A DNA stretch of 58,117 nucleotides, counting the filler, from Dimargaris cristalligena (taxonomy: Eukaryota), in the NCBI GenBank assembly GCA_003614675.1. It is 7 parts of 7 records of this genome, joined end to end, with 100 filler letters (N's around TTAATTAATTAA, not from the genome) between each part and the next. Parts side by side here need not be neighbours in the genome. Positions count along the whole stretch, not along the records: positions 49,956 to 58,117 come from ML003350.1; 6 more parts are not named here. One strand, 5' to 3'. The position numbers and the translations under genes are program-made. Each line of letters opens with the position of its first letter. Position 1 is the stretch's first letter. Of this stretch, positions 50,453-58,117 are shown piece by piece. Under the pieces are notes generated by a model. The model was not told where the DNA came from, made no database searches, and saw nothing but the letters and a program-made list of their open reading frames with translations.

Positions 50453-53227
50453 CCATGAGCAAAATCACTGTAATGAAAATGGTTACAATTCTTCGCCAAT
50501 AGAGTTGGGTGTTTGTCCTTATTGGGTGCTTGCATAAAATAGTGTTATTTCGTACTTCGATACTTTAATCATAAAACCGACTTGTCCATTGGGGAATAAA
50601 TACTGCTTAGATGTCGTGTTCTCGTTAGTAGGCCCCCAACTAGGTGTCACCCACTCCCATTCTACTATATCCCCCACACCAACTCCAGGGTTTATGAGAT
50701 CTGGTAGTGTTATAGTATGGGGTGGAAAAGGAATAGTAAACCATATGCGGCTGTTGCGAGGGGGTAAATCAGTATATCCCAATGACAGTAGCTATTGATC
50801 ACAGGGATATAACATGTCTATACAGAGGTAAAATAGTAGTAGCTAATACAACTTGTGGCATTCACTAACTGGGTCGTGCATTACATTCAATGGATCTGAG
50901 TACAGAGACCCTCTAGGTCACAGTGACCACTAGGTCTGGCCTTGTCAATGCGACGTGGGGTCAATGAGTCGACGATACAGTATGGACCTCCCAGATTCCC
51001 CTAGTATTTATTTGCCACTTAGGTGTTATATCTCTTAGCATCGTCTTTTATCCCAGGTATCGGTTACCGTATAGAGGAAAACGAAGGTTGAGTTCGAAAA
51101 TTCATAAACCATAATTCATCAGCCATGCATATTGACAGCTACCATTGCCGGGGAGTCCACCCCAATGTAATTTTGCCAATCTTTATCAAGTGGCATATTA
51201 TTATAGTGCCCCTCGCATCCTTCATTGATGCCCTTGGGACAGACTCTATCTGGGATGGGTTACTCAAATATTCAAGTAAAATATAGTCACCAGTCAATTA
51301 AATTAAAGGGCATAGTGTTAAGTGTTGCGCCGCCACTAGTTGGACAGGCAGTGCTGCCGGCCAAATCGCCTGAGCTCGTATGCTGGATGTATCCCATGGT
51401 GCTGGGTCCGGGGTTTGGGAGGGTTAATTGTCACCGAGTGACCCTTGGCATTGAGTTTGAGAAAAGGATTCATATTTATTGTATTTGTAAGACAAAAGAA
51501 GGAAATGTTTTTTGATGGATTTTCGTGTATTTAAATAGTAATAATAATAGTAATAATAATAGAAAATAGTAGTAAATAGGTTTTTTTTCAAGGGTTTTAT
51601 GATTAAATGAGGAAAGTCAGTATTCATCTTTTATAGTAGTGGAATTAATAAGGAAAATTGCCTTGTTATTACTTTATCAAAATTCAAGGAAATATTTTTT
51701 TTCGTCGGTGTCCTTTCTGGCAGGAAATTCCCGGGTTTAAGTACCCCTTTATCCTTCTGTTCATTCGTTGCCAGTTTCTTGATTCTCATTGCCAGACAAC
51801 AACATTCGTTTTTTCTGTTGATAAAAGAGGAAAATATAATGGAATCTTTAACAGCGGGAGATGCTCAGAAGTTGATTTGTTTCCTAGCAGAGCTTTTTCT
51901 CTCTGTCGTTATAGTGATTCCAAAAATAATTTGATGATGTAAAAATAATGAATTGTAAAGCTGTCATGATAAATTTAGTCAATCAAAATGTGTATTTTTA
52001 TAAAAAGTTAATCAGTCCTTTGATTCAGTGCTAGGGATTACAGTAAAGCCCTGATCTTTTAGCCCATGTAAGTGATCCATTGTTCATTTAACTGGCTGAT
52101 AGGTCATGCAGGCTGTCCTCGGCAGCATATTAGAAGCCTATCCTCGGGGCTCTTGATGAACTAAGAGTGGTTAACCTAGGCAACAAGGAGGCAATGTCCT
52201 TGTAGCCGGCTTTTATATTGACATGGGCGTCCACGTTTTAGCCAGTCCCGAACCCGCTGCCTTACAGATGGTCTTTTTTATGTGCAGGGCTAGGCCAGAG
52301 GGTTCGTCAGTAGGACTGAGTGTACCTCATTGTATCAATTTTCTATTGGTGACACGTGCAGAGGGAATAGTGGAAGGGTGACCAGAGGGAATGGAGATGA
52401 CTGTGAACATTATCGTTAATAGATGCCGTCGACGTTTGTTATTTTATTGGCGATTCTTATTTCGCTCAATGGACAAGTCCACGGTCTATAATAACCGAAA
52501 AGTCGTCGTGCACATGTGTAAAGAACACGGCAGAGATAAATTTTGATAGTAAAAATGGAATAAACTAATAGGGTCGGCTGGTAGGAAGGAATAAAAGAAG
52601 GAGAAAGATAGAGAAACAAATTTTCACTAGAAAATTTTTCCTTTCTACTTCGGGGAAAGTAATATTTTTACGGAAATTTTTTTCTTTCCCCTCTATTAAC
52701 ATAATGAGTTTTTTAAAACGAATTTGGGAGCAAGCTCTTAAAAATATGCCAACATAACTATAGCTTAGCTGTGGGTCCGGCACCACCTGCCTAATTTACC
52801 TTATTGTTTGACTGGGTTACTGATCCACTCGTATTCCTGGGCCTTTGGTGGCCACCGTATGTCCATTGGAGTAATGCGTGAATTGGACGTTTCCATTTGC
52901 GTATATGTTAAAGCAGTCTTACCAGAAATATGGTTAAACAACCCGCCTTCCATAGCACCCACATTGCCCCCAAATTTTACCCGGATTTATATTCACTAAT
53001 ACTGGCATTTTAATTTTAACAAATTTATTATAGACGGTAGCTGTCACTATGACTAAATAAAACAAAACTTGTGCATGGAGGGACTGGCCCTACAGTGATA
53101 GGGATGTGTAATCTTATACAAGAGACTCTGCGGGGGACGCTTAATAGACCGGTTTGTAGAAGTGAACGGGACGCCTGCATCTACAAAATATACAATTGGT
53201 TCAACCAAGGGTGCGGTGCGATTTTTC

Positions 53228-53716
53228 CTACTTTGACTGATTCGACCCAAAGGAGAAGAAGTTCCCTATGCTGTCGAACATTCGGCCCATAAAACCTCGT
53301 TGGGGGGGTGCGCTTAGGATTTGACGAGCTTTGTCTACCGACATGAATTCTTGTCGAATGCACGCAAAGCCCTTTTTATTTTCTTCGGGTATCTCGGAGT
53401 ATTTGGACCAGGAGTTAAGCGGTTCTTCGTCTTTCTCGAGTCGGTCGAAGTCGTCGACAATTCTTTGGGCGAGTTGGGTGGGAGATGTCTTGCGTTCTTT
53501 AGTCAGGGCGGAGAGTTTGTCTAAGCTAACGATAAGTGGGCACATGGTAAGAGACTTATCCTTGGCTGCTGCCACCTTGCTACTTGGTTGTTCACTGTAG
53601 GGGCTGGCAAGCGGAACGGTAGAGGCATTTTCTTGATTGGGAGTAGCATATGGTACATTGGGTGCGGCGAGCGATGCAGTAGCCATCAGCCCGACAAAAA
53701 AACCGAGGAACTTCAT
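53228..53716 (-). CDS. Small secreted orphan protein (162 aa)
   Basis: Signal peptide MKFLGFFVGLMATASLA-AP. Intronless ORF with two Cys; no family recognised. Confidence 0.7.
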   Translation of the reverse strand: MKFLGFFVGLMATASLAAPNVPYATPNQENASTVPLASPYSEQPSSKVAAAKDKSLTMCPLIVSLDKLSALTKERKTSPTQLAQRIVDDFDRLEKDEEPLNSWSKYSEIPEENKKGFACIRQEFMSVDKARQILSAPPQRGFMGRMFDSIGNFFSFGSNQSK

Positions 53717-54781
53717 GGTAGAAGAGGACCAAGGGGCGTATACGACAGGCGAGAAGTGGCGAGCAACAAGCGCCGAATTTTACCTCAGGTTATCTGGAAT
53801 AGTAGTGAGAGTAGGCTGGGCCGTGGTGGGAGATATTCAAACCAAGGTGACCTTAAACGTGCCAAATCCTAGTTTCAAGAACTTGACTAAGCAACTCTTT
53901 TAAACTACTGTGCGATTAGGGCAAATGAAGTAAGTTCGGCGGAGTCTTAAATGGATAGGCAAAATCAAAGTGAAACTAAAGCACAGAGGGAGGGGCTGAG
54001 ATATTCAAAAGCAGTCCGGTCTAAACAAATGTTATGTGTGATTAGAAAATCAATAACGGATGGGCGGAGGTGGGGCAGCTAGTGGTCAAATTTATAAATC
54101 CCCCCAGATTCTTTACAAGTGGTCGGGCCCAAACCCACCCCACTGTATCCCCATTTTTTCGGGGGTGTATAGGAGCGGGCGATAAATTGGCAGGAATAAC
54201 AATATCGTCCATCCCCCCCGCCCTATTGATGGGAAAGGGGGGGGGATATAGCCCCCGAGAGAGTATATAGGCGTAATTTGAATATTCTGGGTGGCAACCT
54301 TCAAAGACAAGGGATGTACAACAAGTCCCCTGTGGAATTGGCATAGCTCTATTACAGGTTGGTGCTTCTCTTTCACAGTGCCCCCCGCCTAGACCACCAA
54401 TTCTGTGGAAGGCTGGGGTACTCAGCCACCGGCAGTTATTAAAGTACTGTCTCGAGTATAGGTTAGGAAAACTGCCGGATACTATTTTTGAACCATGTAG
54501 TTCTAGAAAAAGACCTAGGCTGCCTTCACCTATTTTGCCCTCATTCCCTTTGTATTTTATCGTTGGACTGTATTAAATAAGAAGGAATAAATTCAAATTA
54601 CATTTTCCGCTTCGATGTCCCGCTTCTACGGTTGGAGGAAGGAAACGGCCGGTTAAAAATAGTTAAATTTAGGCCTGATTATCAGTAAAACCAGTTGGGG
54701 GAGAGGGTAGCCCTAGGCATTCATGGTGTTATTATATTTTAGCTACAATTCTCCGTCGCAAATAACCCTGCGTTGAGAAGG

Positions 54782-54927
54782 ATATGGGTGAGATTCAATC
54801 GAAGTGTATAACGAAAAATCCATTAGATGAGGCAAATATTACTGGCTAAAAATGAATCATTAGTCTATTTTCCCATACATATGTACCATTAAATACCTTA
54901 AACAACTGGATCGAATTTCACCCATAT
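54782..54927 (-). mobile_element. MITE, full copy in reverse orientation
   Basis: ATATGGGTGAGATTCA...CGAATTTCACCCATAT. Internal TATAACGAAAAATCCATTAGATGAGGCAAATATTACTGG is the reverse complement of the family core. Confidence 0.8.
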
Positions 54928-55442
54928 TCTTTAGTAGGGCACCAGTTATAAAGGTCTCTTTAGAGAAAGGATATCGAGCTTTAGCCCTTCTAGTTAAACC
55001 ATAATACCCATCTCATCAAACTGCTTTTTCTTAATTCAGCCAGACCAAGCCTCTCAAACACCCAACAGCCACCGCTTGTTATAATTTATAATTGAATTAT
55101 TTTCAGGAACATATTTCCCAGTGAAGAGCGACTGCCTAATTCAGCTCATTAAAATGGTCCGGGTGTTACATGTCCACCCCTGAATTATCAAACCGCGGCG
55201 ACCGGGTCATCGCCCATTCCTACTGTTCCCATGCCATTACCTAGTCTCACCTAGCTACGTTGTCGGCTGTAAAGCCCCACCACACCCATACACTATAGTG
55301 TCTCTGTTTTACTAGATAGAACCACATCACCGTTCACTTTATCTTTTCAATTTTTACGATTTCGTTGATCCCTTAGCATTGTAACTTTATTGCCCTATCC
55401 TACCCCCTCACCCACGCCCCTTAGAGCGACAGCCCAGCCACC

Positions 55443-56820
55443 ATGACCACCCCCTTGCGGAAGTCCCTCATCAGCCGCCTGGGCGCGCTTGCTTCAGCCT
55501 CTCTAAATACACCACCGGGTCGCCACCGCCTTGCTCGGCCAGTAGTGGCAAGCAATTGGAACCTGCTAACCACCCACAATGCCCGCCAGGTAGTTGCGAA
55601 CCAACTGCGCTCCTATTCATCCCACGGTCGAAAGGCAGATTTCCTGAGTAGCGTTTTCCGCCAGGACTGGGTCGTGAAAGCTAGCAACTTTGGTCAGTTA
55701 CCGAAAACGGTCCAGACCCTACTCCAGGAATATCCGTCCATCATTACCCTACCCATTCAGTGGGGCGCACAGGTATACCGTCCCTCTATGCCGACTCCAG
55801 TTTTAAACTAGTAACTATGGAGAGAAAAGTGGTAGTATATCTTTTAATGGCCCTAGATGTGAACCCTCCTATTCACTCATTATATATATATATATATCAT
55901 TCGACTGGATGCCTCCGGTGTTCATTATCTAGGATGCTTTCGGCCATCTCAACAATGTGTCTTACCTTCGATATGCTGAATCAGGCAAGTTCTTTATTCT
56001 GTTCGAACCTAATTAGCGACCCTCCCAAGTGTGATGTTAACTAGTTTGGGTTGTACTTTGCTCATCAGCAATCACTACCAGCATTGTATTCACTTAACCC
56101 TGCCAATTCGCCAATTCTTCGGAACTCATACATCTGCTTCTCCATACGGGATGCCCTATTACTTTTATACCATAACCTTTGGTACCCCCGCGGCATATAA
56201 TATCTCAATACCATATTCACTGCAGGTCGTATGGATTACTTGGCTCGACTCGGCGAATATATTCCTGAAAAAGAATTTATGGAAATGTTTTACGCTCGGG
56301 GCGTCGGAGTCATTGCGAAATCAATTGATTGTAAATACAAGCAAGTGGTCGAATACCCTGACACGGTAAGTACTAGTCTATATTAATAACGGTGGCCGCG
56401 CCATATCACCCAATTTCTACCGCATATAATTGTTTAACAATATTCCCGGTATATTAATCCCTCGCGACCTTACCCGAGAGACCCCCTCACCTACTCCATT
56501 GACCCGCAAATGAATCTGCCTAATCATTAACCTAGTTTGGGCTTTTGTGACTATTTCTCGTTATGTTTACCCACTCTATTGACGTTACCTTTGCCTTTGG
56601 ATTTTAGATTTCTGTTGGTACTCGGGTTATCAACCTGGGACAAGACCGGGGTATGGTCGACTGTGTAATTGTCTCCCACAAGACCGAAAGTGTGGTCGCC
56701 TTATCCCAATGTCAGATGGTTTGCTATAATTATAAAGAGGGCCAAAAATGGGATATCCCGGATTATTTCCGCCAAGCTATTGATACCCTTCAGGCTACTC
56801 GATGGGCTCTGGAGGATTGA
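55443..56820 (+). CDS. Hotdog-fold acyl-CoA thioesterase (4HBT/YbgC-like), probably mitochondrial; exons 55443-55772, 55933-55984, 56226-56365 and 56608-56820
   Basis: Spliced IQWGAQ|DAFGHLNNVSYLRYAES|GRMDY...IDCKYKQVVEYPDT|ISVG contains the D..GH.NN..Y..Y.E.GR motif. Arg/Ser/Leu-rich presequence-like N-terminus. Confidence 0.9.
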
Positions 56821-57214
56821 TTTTACTTGCCGGGCCCCAGGCAGTGATATGATAATAAGGCCTGGAATGGGGGAACCCTCCGGCAATCTGACTGGGGGGA
56901 ACCCCGTAAACATGGCCAACTGAACTCCCAACTACCAATATAATAGGTACATCCTTACCCTATCCTCAAACCTAGAGCAAGCCTAAGCAGATAGGACCAT
57001 CCTACTTATCCAGGAATAAATATCCGGATTTAAATGTTGGTTGTGGGGTAGTTAGGGTCATTGTCTAGTAAAACTGGTCCTTGAAGGTGGTTTCACTTTG
57101 GATACCAGAAGCTGAAGTGGGAAAATTAGGTATAGTAACATGGGTAATCTCTATTGACTAGATAACTAGTGCCTATATCCTAATCCACCCCACTTAAATT
57201 AAACTGAGATGAAC

Positions 57215-57358
57215 ATATAGATGAAATTCAAACCAGCTGTATAAGGTTTTACATAATATGTGTATGGGTGAATATACGTGAGAAAAGCTTTTAACCAGTA
57301 ATATTGGCCTCACCCAATGGATTTTTCATTATACAGCCTGAATGAACTTCTCCCATAT
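57215..57358 (+). mobile_element. MITE, full copy
   Basis: ATATAGATGAAATTCAAACCAGCTGTATAAGG...TGAACTTCTCCCATAT; near-identical to 26422-26563. Confidence 0.85.
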
Positions 57359-57526
57359 GACATTGCACCATTCAGAAAATAAACAGTATTACAAGCTAGC
57401 CCCCTGGTCCTAGGTATATGGTATATTATAGTAGTAGGTTAAGGTGGACCAGGGATTTACCAATATGTTATAGTCTAAAGGGGGAGGGGGAGATTTTTAG
57501 GTATTTAGAAATAACATATCAGACCA

Positions 57527-58117
57527 TCTAATCCACCTTAATCTAGCTGGCTTAGATATCTGATTATATCAGGCCTTATAGTATTATATTAGCTTTCCCA
57601 TAGTCATACCCAGTACTATGGGATTATTAATCACTATATATAACCTTTCCCCTACCCAGACTTTGCCCTTTCCCCTAATCATTTAAGTACTGATCCCTTG
57701 GGCTCTTCCAGTTACTATCAACATCTTCTGGATATCAGTGGCTATCCAGTCAGCCAATTTACCTACCCCTTAGTCTTAGTAATATTCTTACTCTTAGGAC
57801 CTCCCTCTGGAGTTGTCCCTGCATATATATAACTGGGCCCCACTGGGATCTGTTAGTTCTTAAGCCTATTCTTACCCCTTGTGCTAACTAGTAAGTGCAC
57901 TTCCTGTATATCCCTTATATATATATACTACCTCTAGCCATTATTAATTAGTATACCCAACCTCTACCTGATACTAGTAGCTGCTTAGCTAAGCCTAAGT
58001 CCTACCCACTATTAGAAGTCTATCCTCAGGACTCTTTGTAAAGAACTGAAATCAAATCCTTAAAAACTGAACTTTATTTGAAAAGATAGATAATAAAAGG
58101 GAAAGGTAATGATAGAC
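57527..58117 (+). repeat. Degenerate CpG-depleted dispersed repeat, copy 2
   Basis: Collinear with 49270-49728, with an extra internal segment. Confidence 0.8.

Noticed and set aside
25011..57358. CRISPR array or prokaryotic operon/defence system
   Set aside because: The repeats are dispersed, not spacer-separated, and the genes have spliceosomal introns.

Overview
Eukaryotic (fungal) genomic DNA, not one locus. Seven unrelated ~8.2 kb contigs in descending length order (8248, 8233, 8229, 8224, 8214, 8207, >=8162 bp) are joined by artificial 100-nt spacers (N44-TTAATTAATTAA-N44). Six contigs share one style (introns mostly 160-320 nt), and four of them carry a ~142-bp MITE. They encode MDM34, dynactin p150, a broken MSS4-type PIP5K, an RCF1/HIG1 protein, DOA10, a SAM methyltransferase, a frameshifted DIS3L2, YRA1/ALYREF with a 1092-nt intron, YOS9, clathrin heavy chain, a bacterial-type cytidylate kinase, a hotdog thioesterase with a GC-AG intron, and orphan secreted proteins, including a Pro/Arg/Lys-rich one missed by the ORF track. 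Contig 3 (16682-24910) looks foreign: 74-75-nt introns, ATGC/GCAT-rich spacers and a perfect 55-bp inverted repeat at its two ends. It carries a divergent PMT, a BAHD transferase, a Lys/Tyr-repeat secreted protein and an F-box-like gene. Gene style suggests an early-diverging fungus such as a zoopagomycete (inference only). All splice models were derived by eye and checked for frame. No database searches were run.
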